A DNA stretch of 63,833 bases, filler included, from Stramenopiles sp. TOSAG23-3 (GCA_900128585.1; 27 parts of 27 records of this genome joined end to end with filler, not necessarily neighbours in it); one strand, 5' to 3'; positions 1 to 9,568 are shown, counted from the first letter of the whole stretch. Notes: a model not told the origin generated them from the sequence alone. Program-made: numbers and translations.

Positions 1-78
1 CACATACTAAGAGTATATTGATCGTATTAAAACATACTTGAACTGAAATTGTAATTGATATAAAATGAGAAGTCTTAA

Positions 79-318
79 ATGCCAAGGAATGTTGATTTTA
101 TAGATTTTTGGAACCACGCCACCGAAAAAAATAAACACGATTTTTTATATGTTGATTACGAAGCCGACGAGCCGTACAATATAAGAAAAAATTTCAATAC
201 GGTGCTGTCTTACCGTCCTGTCAGGAGCAAAAATATGGCCCAAAAAAAGAAAAAAGGCAGGAGCAATGATCCGGCCAAAGCTGTAGAAATCGAAGGCAGT
301 ACAAACGCTACGGCCTAA
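79..318 (+). pseudogene. C-terminal fragment of an A32/FtsK-like viral packaging ATPase
   Basis: FIDFWNHATEKNKHDFLYVDYE...NIRKNFN resembles the F-x3-Y/W-x2-AT-x3-Y/H-x-FLYID...KNFN tail of PLV/virophage ATPases. The frame is closed upstream and the Walker motifs are missing. Confidence 0.6.
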
Positions 319-345
319 AATTTATTTATATGGATATAGTATACA

Positions 346-1422
346 ATGGCCTTAAATATTTTTTTGCCAGGAAAACGAGGAGTCGGGTCAAACGCTGAAG
401 CGGGTATGTTGCATTCTGTACTTAGTCCGTATCCTAACGACATCCCTATCCTATTTACGGATTTTCTCGATTTGAACCGAATACCGAAAACAACAATTAC
501 AGACAAGCTTTTCAATATTGCACAAAAGTTGAACTTTTTTAAATATCACACTACAACGAATACAAAAACAGGTACCCCCCTCTTCAACATCGGAATTAAC
601 GCAAACGACCAGCTGTTTATAAAAACAGAAGCAGAAGACGAGGTCCTTGGAGGTGCTAATCCGCCAGCAATTTTAATCGACACAAATGGAGACGTGTATA
701 TAAACGGTTCGACCAGTTCTCAAACAAACGGCTACGTCTACGTTTACGATACAGTAGGCTTGGTGCCGTACAATAGAAAAAGTGCAAACATCGGACCATT
801 AGGAAATTGGACTGATCCAGCTACGGGTAATGAGCGATACGATAATATATTTTTTGGGGCGCCAATTGGTTCGTATTCGTGGAACGGAGTTACCATTCCA
901 ATTACCACGCCTTCGAATCAACGCATTTTAAATCAGTCGCCCATACCAGGTTCTGTAAATCCTGGTTTTACAACGTTTGCAACGCAAGCAGATCCGCTAC
1001 CAGTCGATTGCGTAGTTAATGGTGAGTTTTTCGGAGTCGCGCCTGCGCCTGATGGAGCTTTATTAAATAATGTTGGTCATACGTTTTCAAATGTACCAAT
1101 AACAAATAATTTTACAGCGAGTTATACATTAACTGTTGGAATCGTCAGGCAAATATGGAACGGAGTTGCACCGACTCCCATAACTAATGTCTTAGTCGCA
1201 CGACAAGATATTGATGTACCTTTTAGGGGTTCGTTTACTGGAACAGTTGCAAGTTTTAGTTGCAATTTTAATTTTAATATGACAGACGTTGACCCTGCAA
1301 CTGGTAATCCGCAAAGTTACATTCCTTTCTTCAATCACAATGGAATCATTTATCCTGCCACGGATGCGAACATAAGGTGGAGGAATGTTACTGTAACATT
1401 TACTACGAAAGCAAATCTCTAA
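346..1422 (+). CDS. Putative virion structural (fibre/spike or minor capsid-like) protein, 358 aa
   Basis: Intact ORF rich in T/N/P/G and beta-strand-like segments, 27 nt downstream of the ATPase tail; function inferred from context only. Confidence 0.45.
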   Translation: MALNIFLPGKRGVGSNAEAGMLHSVLSPYPNDIPILFTDFLDLNRIPKTTITDKLFNIAQKLNFFKYHTTTNTKTGTPLFNIGINANDQLFIKTEAEDEVLGGANPPAILIDTNGDVYINGSTSSQTNGYVYVYDTVGLVPYNRKSANIGPLGNWTDPATGNERYDNIFFGAPIGSYSWNGVTIPITTPSNQRILNQSPIPGSVNPGFTTFATQADPLPVDCVVNGEFFGVAPAPDGALLNNVGHTFSNVPITNNFTASYTLTVGIVRQIWNGVAPTPITNVLVARQDIDVPFRGSFTGTVASFSCNFNFNMTDVDPATGNPQSYIPFFNHNGIIYPATDANIRWRNVTVTFTTKANL

Positions 1423-1479
1423 GGAGCAAAATAAAAAAATATTAATTTGAAGGCAACCCCCTTCAGATTCATATCGATT

Positions 1480-2235
1480 TTAAAGAATATCATCGAATTT
1501 GTAGTCGATATAAGCGACGGAGTATTCTTCAAGTGTTTTATTTGCTAACACTCGTCTTATTTCAATTATGATTTTGTCTTCATATTTGTCTTGGTCTTCG
1601 TAAAAGTAATTGTTTAGCCAATTTTGAAAGCTGTACGATTTAATTTTCGAAATAATGTATTTGTCAACGATTCTAAGAATGTCATATCGGGTGTAACACC
1701 GTATCATATTAGGCTTTACAAGGCAAAATGCAAACTCATCGGTTGGTTTTGCCAAGTGAAAGCAAGGCGATAGAAATTTTTTAAATATTCCGCTAATAGC
1801 TAAGAAAGGTGCCTCAAAGTTTTGGGTGGTAACAAATTGATTGTACTCCTCGGATATTAAAACTTCTTTTAAGCTTCGAACGCCCTTGGCTTCTAATGGA
1901 TTGCGAGGAACTACACACCGTTCAATGCACCTATTCATTTTTGATTCGAGCAGAAGGAGTCGCTGCATAATAGTTTGCAAATCGGCGGCGGTGCAGGTGA
2001 TGGACGACGCATTTGAAAAGGTCATTAGGTATTTTGAATCATTTACCTTTATCAGCAGGTCGGCCCTGCTAATAGAAGACAATTTGCCTGGACAAACCTT
2101 CTTTTTTTTTAAATGATTTTTCAAAGAAATTTTCTGAGTGAATAAAGCTCCGCACCGCTCACATTTGAAAGGTCGTGGTTTGCTTACGTTCATAATGGTT
2201 TGTGTGTCGTTAACTATGGTCTCTGTTGATGTCAT
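1480..2235 (-). CDS. Viral-type C2H2 zinc-finger protein, about 251 aa
   Basis: FKCERCGALFTQKISLKNHLKKKKVC is the CxRC...HLxKKxxC finger common in large DNA viruses and PLVs, followed by a short coiled coil. ATG at 2235 preferred; the longer ORF's 5' extension is poly-T intergenic sequence. Confidence 0.7.
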   Translation of the reverse strand: MTSTETIVNDTQTIMNVSKPRPFKCERCGALFTQKISLKNHLKKKKVCPGKLSSISRADLLIKVNDSKYLMTFSNASSITCTAADLQTIMQRLLLLESKMNRCIERCVVPRNPLEAKGVRSLKEVLISEEYNQFVTTQNFEAPFLAISGIFKKFLSPCFHLAKPTDEFAFCLVKPNMIRCYTRYDILRIVDKYIISKIKSYSFQNWLNNYFYEDQDKYEDKIIIEIRRVLANKTLEEYSVAYIDYKFDDIL

Positions 2236-3366
2236 TGGTTGTATATAATATATAACATATAAATTTAAATAATTATAAATCAAATTTTTATAAAAAATTG
2301 TAAAGTTTAAAGAATATAAAGAATTAAAGAAAGAATCTATTAGAAAGAGGAGGAATAGAGGTAAAAAAGAAACGCCAGGAAAAAGAGAAGTTTCGCTGTT
2401 TACAAATTTACAAAAAAGGAAAAAAAAAAAAAAAAGTTTAAGAGGATTTTGAAAATTGTCAGGGAAAATTAAAAAAAAAAAAAAGTAATTGTAAAATTGT
2501 AAACAGCGAAGAAAAATAAGGAACAAATTGTCTACACAATTGAACGGTTTTCAAGAATTCAAACCATTAGCTCCTGAAAAAAAAATATAAAAAAAGATTT
2601 ATATTTTTTTTGTTTATTTTAGTGGGCTTTATAAAAATTATCGAATAAATACCCCTGAATCGAAGCCGCTCAGAATTTTAGCAGCCTTAGCACTCTTTCG
2701 AGATCGTTCAGAAATCCAATCAGTATTTGGGTCGCTATCTTCTTCACCATAATAGAATTCATCAAATCCATCTTGAAGGCTGTCTGTAGTCACATACGAT
2801 GAGGTTTTCTTCTTCGTAGAGCTTCATTAAATCCTTCTTAACCCTAACCCTCTTTTCAATTCTTTCTCCTCTCTCCATCTGTCGCACGGAATTCGCTTGG
2901 TGCCCCTATAACACCTTCCATTACTTGAAGTGTAACTTGGTGTGTAAAGACGGTCGATGGCTACTACCTTGGCGAAGAGGCGGAGGCCGGCCCAGATGGG
3001 GAGCTTCTCCTCCAAGCCGAGCGCGTCGCGGAAACGAAACGGGTTAGCCAGCTAGTCGTAGAGAAAAACAACAAGGTTGGGGAAATCGCGATAGACCAAG
3101 GCGTAGAGGATGTCCTCTGCGGGCGCATACGCTTGGAAGTGCCCACCCAGGACGAGGTCGCCACGTCGTTGATGGAGGCCAAAAAGGCCAGGCTGATGGC
3201 GGCCTACGCGATGTAGTAAACAATTAAAAAAAAGCGCAAATAAAAATTTAAATTTTTTAATTTTTTAAAAAACAAAATAAGGAGGAGTTTGGGTTCTTGA
3301 ACGGTTTTACCTTCTTTTTTTAAGGTGTGGAACGAACCACAAAATAGTAGTTACAATACACCGATA

Positions 3367-4242
3367 TCACATGGGATTGTATCTCGCCAGCATTTTGTGT
3401 ATCCGTGGAGTAACTAGGGTATCCCCAGGAGTTCCAATAACTGTGGTAACTTCCTCGTGGGACAGGCTCGAAGCATCGAAGGTATGAACGAAAACCCCCG
3501 CACTCTCAAGGGCTTCAGCGTATTCCTCCACGATTTGCCTACGCGCAAGGGTTCCCCGGCTCAGTAATAGATGGGGAGGGATTTGGTTGGGCCTGGAGCG
3601 GTATCTTTCCACATAAGTTAGTGGAGATGCCTCTTCCCAAATTTCCGGGTTATTGCCAAAAGCATATGTAGGGCCTCCTTTGGCGGGGACGTCAAATGCC
3701 TCAGTGTCAAGCGGCGCAACAAAGTTTATGCTAGATAAACCCAAACCGTGCTCAGCAAGGTATGATGCGTCAGTGCTGACCAATGAAACCAAATGTGCAC
3801 CAGCAGAGTGTCCGATGAGTGACAGGGAATCCAAGTCAAATCGGTCCAATACATAAGCGATGGCAGCTGCAACGTCAACCACAAAGTCTGGGTACATTAC
3901 ATTATTAGTCTTTGTTACCAGTCGATAGTTGACGCTCACAAATATGTAACCCAGTTCGTCACGAAAGTACCTTATCTTGTCTTGGATTTTATTTTTTTTG
4001 TCTCCAACGGCCCACTTTCCTCCATGGACATACATCACAATACGATCCTCCTGTGGCCCATCAGCTGGTGGCAGGTAAATGTCCAATGCTTGGTAATTCT
4101 TGGGGACACCCGGCGTATGGCTGTATCGCACATCCATTAAGCAAGACTTTGGAAATGCACATAGTCCTTGATTAGCTAACACGCTAGAAGCCGCGAAGGA
4201 GGATAGTAAGAAGACAAAGAATACACTTTTCTGTCTTGTCAT
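3367..4242 (-). CDS. Secreted alpha/beta-hydrolase (esterase/lipase, HSL/arylformamidase-like)
   Basis: Signal peptide, LDIYLP, oxyanion YVHGG, SVNYRL, nucleophile GHSAG, C-terminal His (LSHEEV). Confidence 0.9.
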   Translation of the reverse strand: MTRQKSVFFVFLLSSFAASSVLANQGLCAFPKSCLMDVRYSHTPGVPKNYQALDIYLPPADGPQEDRIVMYVHGGKWAVGDKKNKIQDKIRYFRDELGYIFVSVNYRLVTKTNNVMYPDFVVDVAAAIAYVLDRFDLDSLSLIGHSAGAHLVSLVSTDASYLAEHGLGLSSINFVAPLDTEAFDVPAKGGPTYAFGNNPEIWEEASPLTYVERYRSRPNQIPPHLLLSRGTLARRQIVEEYAEALESAGVFVHTFDASSLSHEEVTTVIGTPGDTLVTPRIHKMLARYNPM

Positions 4243-4421
4243 TGTAAGTTCGTTTACGATTACTTGTTTTCTTGTTGTTATACTTGTTACTTGCTAATTG
4301 GTGGGGTTTAAATAAAAACAAGTGCAACTACGAAAGCTTGAAATTGGATGATTTATACATCAAAATATAAATGTTTTACTTCGTTTTCGTTTCGTTTCGT
4401 TTCTTTCTTAAAAACAATAAA

Positions 4422-4424
<3 letters not shown>

Positions 4425-4456
<32 letters not shown>
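4425..4456. repeat. (CT)n microsatellite
   Basis: Uninterrupted CT dinucleotide run. Confidence 0.9.
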
Positions 4457-4459
<3 letters not shown>

Positions 4460-4820
4460 CAATTTTGATTAAATCGTTTTACTCTCGTTGCTTCGTGCAG
4501 GAACCATGTGTGATAGAAGGACCATCAATATTTTGGATCTGAAGTTGTTTTAAACTAACGCTGCTGTGGTGATATGATGAATAGAGCTTTAGATTGGTTG
4601 GAGCCGAGGCAAGTCCCTTTTGATACACACACGTACACAGCATCCTTTTATTTGAAGATAAGGAGCTGTGGCAAGTCCCGATACACACAGGTGCACAGCA
4701 CAGTTATAGTTGATTATCTTATATTTAAAAATAAAATTAGTAATAACAGCCAAATAGAAAGGGACTTCGATTAATACAAAAAAAAGATCGTAAAACTTTT
4801 TTGGTTAGTGAAGAAAAAAT

Positions 4821-4955
4821 GCGCTGAAATTATATGCTGTGTAATGTTATTAAAAAGTAAAAAAAAATATAAAAAAGATTATCCTCGATAAAAATATAAA
4901 TGGTGCTGAAACTATATGCTGTGTAATGTTATTAAAAAGTAAAAAAAAGATATAA
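4821..4955. repeat. ~50-nt direct repeat (GCTGAAAyTATATGCTGTGTAATGTTATTAAAAAGTAAAAAAAA) in the divergent intergenic region
   Basis: Copies at about 4823-4872 and 4905-4955. Confidence 0.85.
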
Positions 4956-5401
4956 TAATAAAATAGATTATATAAAAAAATAATATAAAAAAGATGATCG
5001 GAAAGAAGCCCCCCCCACTTTTTTTTAAACGAGGAGGGAGGCAAGGCGTTATTATTTTTTGCGCCAAAAAGAGGGGGGCCTTACTAATATTATCGCCATT
5101 ATATCTACACAGCACTATAAAAAAATAATTATTTATTTACTACAACACAGCATAAAAATAAAATAATATTTTAGTAAATAAATAATACAGCTACACAGCA
5201 TAAAAAGCAGTATTTTTTTTACTGCCAAAGGAGTTGGGCCGGACGTCTCGTACTGCCTTTACTGGTTACTTTGCGCGAAGTCAACAATTAATATTGTACA
5301 ACGAAAAATATCTCATCCAACAAACTCCGCGATGAATATTTAAAAACAACGTTTTCACACAACAAACGTATTTAAACTGCAAACAAACAAACAAAAATAC
5401 T

Positions 5402-6673
5402 ATGACCGAAATTGATATTTACGGCGACGAGGACGTCATTCTACTACCAAGCCCCCACATGGCGTGGGACGACGACGCGAAATGGAAGGCGGACTCGCGG
5501 CTATACAACGAGGAAACGGACGCATGGGTTAAGAAATTGGCAAGGAATCGCGACCGCGAGGTCACATTGAGCATTTTGATTAGCGATATGAACGATACGT
5601 TTGGAACGAAAGCTGGGAGATATCAAATAAAAAAATGGCGAACAAAGGCGAAAGAAGCTTACATGGCAGGCGAGCGTCGCCGTGGCATACGGCCAACCGA
5701 AGTTGTGGCGTCGAACGTTGTTGGGCATGCTAAAGCGCCGTTCACGGAGGCCGACGAAGGCAAATTGTGCAAGGTACGGCTTCAAACGAGAACGAGTTCA
5801 ACAGGAAGGGTTACACAGACGGGCTGGAACCAGCCGTATGAAGCCCAGATAATTCGCGTTAACAAAAATGGCACGTTTGACGCCTTCTTCCCTGGCCGGC
5901 CAATCACCAACCGATATGCAGAATTTTCGTCGGCACGAAAAATTCCAGTGATTGAAAACAATCCTAGTCGGCATTTTGAGCTGTTTGAGCAGTATGTCCA
6001 CGACGAAAAGCACCGTGAAAAGGCTCGTGAAAGAGAAAAGAAAAAGATGGAAGACGAGCTTGCTGTCTTAAGGAAAACTTTGGCCGTGTATCGATACAAG
6101 TTCAGGAACCAGCAAGGCGATGAACCGAAAACTTGGAAAGAGTTGCAAAAAATCGCAGACGACCAGTATTTATACTACGATGCAACAAAAAACGAATTCG
6201 ATATGTACGAGCAAGAACAAAACCTGGATATGGAGGAAGAAGATGACGACGAGTTCGGTTTGATCGACCCGTCCCAGGTAAAGGACGAGGACGCAGCAAA
6301 AAGCCTAAGCGCTCTCGGAAAGCGAAAAAAGCAGGAAGACCGCGTACGAGACGATGGCACTTCCGAACAACCTCAGGCGGTGGAAGAGGAGAAAAACCCG
6401 TATCTTGGAAAAAGATTGTTATACACTTTTGGAAGAAAAGTTAAAAGAAGAGGGAGAATGTCTACAGTTTACGACAAATATGTTGGAGAAGTAATCTCTG
6501 TCAATGACAAAGGTTTATACTACGCAGAATTTTCCACAAAAAATGGTAAACTGGTTGAAGACGAAGACTTTCAGAAAATAGAAAACGTAAAGGAAGCCAA
6601 GATAAAAAGGTTTATCAAAGCGTATGACAAGATGGCAAAGAAAAGTAAAGATATGGAACCGAATGAATACTAA
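5402..6673 (+). CDS. Charged 423-aa protein with two probable Tudor/SH3-fold domains
   Basis: GKLCKVR...WNQPYEAQIIRVNKNGTFDAFF and YLGKRLLYTF...YVGEVISVNDKGLYYAEF follow the Tudor-like strand pattern; separated by coiled-coil and acidic tracts. Confidence 0.6.
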   Translation: MTEIDIYGDEDVILLPSPHMAWDDDAKWKADSRLYNEETDAWVKKLARNRDREVTLSILISDMNDTFGTKAGRYQIKKWRTKAKEAYMAGERRRGIRPTEVVASNVVGHAKAPFTEADEGKLCKVRLQTRTSSTGRVTQTGWNQPYEAQIIRVNKNGTFDAFFPGRPITNRYAEFSSARKIPVIENNPSRHFELFEQYVHDEKHREKAREREKKKMEDELAVLRKTLAVYRYKFRNQQGDEPKTWKELQKIADDQYLYYDATKNEFDMYEQEQNLDMEEEDDDEFGLIDPSQVKDEDAAKSLSALGKRKKQEDRVRDDGTSEQPQAVEEEKNPYLGKRLLYTFGRKVKRRGRMSTVYDKYVGEVISVNDKGLYYAEFSTKNGKLVEDEDFQKIENVKEAKIKRFIKAYDKMAKKSKDMEPNEY

Positions 6674-6742
6674 AATTTAAATTAAAGTTTTATTTAACTA
6701 TACTATTTTTCTTTACGTCTTGTTTGCTTTCTGGAAAGGGTT

Positions 6743-8132
6743 TTATCCTACACCGCACCAATATCCCTCAAAATCACTTGTGCGAAAATGGTCTCCATAA
6801 AAGATCAACTGTGGTAACATTGTTTGGATAAACGACTGGTTGAATTGGAACCCCGAACCGCCTATACCCAAGTATTCCAAGTCTTTTAGTTGGTCAATGC
6901 TGGGGAAATCGCCGCTGAAATTGTTGTAACGCAGGTCCAACCGCTTCATCTTTGTTAATCTATTGATCCAAGGCAACGTGCCTTTCAATTGGTTGTTTCG
7001 GAGGTTGAGACACTCTAGGTTTGTCAAGTTTCTGAAGTGGTGAGGCACGGATGTATTCAACAGGTTGTTTTGGAGATATAAATGTTGCAACCCTGTCAAC
7101 CCGCTTACATCGATGGACGTCAACTGGTTGATGTGGAGATTTAAATATTGCAACCCTGTCAGCCCGCTTACATCGATGGACGTCAATTTGTTGCTGTCGA
7201 GAGATAAAAAATGCAACCCTGTCAGCCCGCTTACATCGATGGACGTCAATTTGTTGTCGTCGAGATCTAAACGTTGCAACCCTGTCAGCCCGCTTACATC
7301 GATGGACGTCAATTTGTTGTTGAATAGTAATAAATGTTGCAACCCTGTCAGCCTGTTTACATCGATGGACGTCAATTTGTTGGTGTGGAGATATAAATGT
7401 TGCAACCCCGTCAACCCGCTTACATCGATGGACGTCAATTTGTTGTTGTCAAGATCTAAAATTCGCAACCCTATCAACCCGCTTACATCGATGGACGTCA
7501 AGTCGTTGCTGTCGAGACGTAAATGTTGCAACCCTGTCAACCCGCTTACATCAATGGACGTCAATTGGTTGTTGTGGAGATTTAAATATTGCAACCCAGT
7601 CAACCCGCTTACATCGATGGACGTCAATTCGTTGTTGTGGAGATATAAAGTTTGCAAGCCATAAAATTTCCCAATACACTCCGTTGATAAGTTATAAACC
7701 AAATCTATACGCAAAACCGCCACTTTTGTCAACTGACAAACTGGAAACGTTTCCTTTCCAGTACCATAAAAATACACATTTCGTACATCATTGTTTCGAA
7801 AATAGTCCCCCATCAGCTTGGTTGGAAATTCTCTCAAACGGTTTAAGTCCCTACTTTCCACTGCTAAACTAACGGCCTCCAAATCATCCATATAAACTTT
7901 GCCTCTTTTCCATACATCATTTAAGTTATACAATGCGTTCATCTTAACATCTTTCACAGGATTTCTGGATACGTCTAACATTTTCAGTGGTACATCACTA
8001 AAACGAACAGTAAAATCCAATCTCTCTAATCTGTTCTCAGAAATATTCAAACGCTCAAGGTGTGGGAGTACCTTCAGAATTTCATCGACATCCTTTGTTG
8101 TAAAGTCCCCTCTGGACAAGTCTAAGTCCTTC
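6743..8132 (-). CDS. LRR protein with ~10 near-identical 21-aa repeats; 3' exon, 5' end incomplete
   Basis: GLQxLxLxxNxLTSIDVSGLT repeats followed by plant-type LRRs (NNQLKGTLP, NNFSGDFP). No ATG start; an acceptor-like TTAG and an AT-rich intron-like tract lie at 8133-8240. Confidence 0.9.
7061..7660 (-). repeat. 63-nt coding tandem repeat array, about 10 units
   Basis: ATCGATGGACGTCAA recurs every 63 nt (7109, 7172, 7235...). Confidence 0.97.
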
Positions 8133-8318
8133 TAAGCAAACTATATATAAATTTGTTTTAAATCAAAACGTACTATATAAAATATAAAAAATGAGAGTTT
8201 GAAAGCATACTATATAATTTGTTTTTTATATATATGTACGCTACATAGCAGCCCGCCAGAGATGGATGGACTGGCAGATGCGAATATGCCAGAGGAATGT
8301 CCTGAACGGGGTCGCCAA

Positions 8319-8418
8319 NNNNNNNNNNNNNNNNNNNNNNNNNNNNNNNNNNNNNNNNNNNNTTAATTAATTAANNNNNNNNNNNNNNNNNNNNNNNNNN
8401 NNNNNNNNNNNNNNNNNN
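8319..8418. other. Artificial contig linker N44-TTAATTAATTAA-N44 (first of 26; others start at 16724, 25127, 26752, 28376, 30000, 31623, 33245, 34866, 36486, 38102, 39716, 41330, 42943, 44552, 46161, 47769, 49377, 50985, 52592, 54199, 55806, 57413, 59019, 60625, 62230)
   Basis: Identical 100-nt spacer with stops in all six frames; flanking contigs decrease monotonically in length, so neighbouring contigs are not genetically linked. Confidence 0.99.
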
Positions 8419-9017
8419 GTTTTCATATTTTAATTAGAATATACAATAGTATCGTCCTGTTAAATAGTATTTTATTTATGGTTTTAGTTTTAGTTTTAGT
8501 TATAATACTACTTATACTTCTACATTTTAGTTATAATACTACTTATACTTCTACATTCTATACATAAATAAATAATTGCAACGTTTCTCTCAAAACAAAC
8601 TGCCCTTAGAAAATATATTTTAGTAGCACTTACCAACGGTTTTTCTAAATTCATTATAACTAAAATAGTACTATTATATAAATGGAATAGAATTGATTCG
8701 TATGATGCACTGGATCTAAATTAAGGATACAGTAGTCAGTCTATCTTTCTAGTATACATTTAGGAGATGTATAACTATAATAACTATAACCACCACACAC
8801 AAAAACACAACAACAACAAATTTCTTTTTATTTAATTATTTGTCTTTTCTTTTTATCGACGTTGAATAAAAGTATGATACATTTACAATACTTCTTTTAC
8901 AAACCAAGATATGAAAGAAGAAACGGTGTATGCAGCCATCAATTGCCTCTCTGAGACGTAGCGGGAAAATTCCAACGAAATAGCACCGGAGAGATTTGAT
9001 ACAGGTAACAAAGACAC

Positions 9018-9389
9018 ATGGGGCTGTGCGCTAGTTCGACCGTAAAATTAGACGATCCCGCGTCCCCTGCGAAAGCAAACCCGGTGGTTCCCTCCCCCGA
9101 CAATTCGTCGTCCAAGAACAAAGCAAGGAAAAGTAATGTGGCAAAGAAGCGAATGAGCCGTCCGGGTGCCAACACTGTGCAAAAATCGCGACGAGTTCCA
9201 AAGGGAGATGAAAAGTGGAGGAAAGGGCGGCAATCGTTCCGGGAACAGATGAAGAAAGATCGCATGAAGTTTATGAAAAAGAAAAGTGAGGGGGGCGGCG
9301 GCGATGTGGTTGTTGTGGTATCGTGCAAATCCCCGAAGAATGCTATAAAGTCGAAACAAGGCGATTTGGCGATGACGGACTACGACTAA
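9018..9389 (+). CDS. Small basic protein with N-terminal MGLCAS dual-acylation motif
   Basis: ATG-started GC-rich ORF; Gly2 and Cys4. Confidence 0.6.
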   Translation: MGLCASSTVKLDDPASPAKANPVVPSPDNSSSKNKARKSNVAKKRMSRPGANTVQKSRRVPKGDEKWRKGRQSFREQMKKDRMKFMKKKSEGGGGDVVVVVSCKSPKNAIKSKQGDLAMTDYD

Positions 9390-9568
9390 TGCTGCACGTC
9401 GCGCTGTTCGCACGCATCATAGTACCGTGTAATGATATTAATTGACAAGTGCAGAATTACGAGAGAAGTCAAGATGCCATTTCTATTTTAACAACATTAT
9501 TATTATATACTATGAATATGACACATGTAACTTAGGCGGCCGTGTTAGAACTAAAAATGTATTAATTT

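Larger units (their letters stand above)
1..3310. mobile_element. Polinton-like virus/virophage-type segment (possibly extending to ~6700 or the contig end)
   Basis: Tightly packed, intronless, AT-rich ORFs: A32-ATPase C-terminus, beta-rich structural-like protein and NCLDV/PLV-type C2H2 finger. No pPolB, integrase, major capsid or TIR is visible. Confidence 0.6.

Noticed and set aside
2236-2526. Hydrophobic N-terminal extension of the zinc-finger ORF (similar extensions at 14340-14618 and 22565-22735)
   Set aside because: Non-ATG starts running through AT-rich intergenic sequence.
7061-7660. CRISPR-like look of constant repeats alternating with variable segments (also 54299-54730)
   Set aside because: The period is a multiple of three, the variable parts are homologous to each other and encode LRR strands in an open frame; no cas genes.
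7061-7660. A complete diversity-generating retroelement
   Set aside because: No reverse transcriptase or template repeat in the window and some substitutions are at non-adenine positions; kept only as a hypothesis.
7065-7664. 199-aa plus-strand repeat ORF (KCCNPVNPLTSMDVN)
   Set aside because: Antisense shadow of the LRR array.
8363-8374. Regularly recurring TTAATTAATTAA palindrome
   Set aside because: Synthetic linker between N runs, not biological; ORFs ending in X...LIN are artefacts of it.
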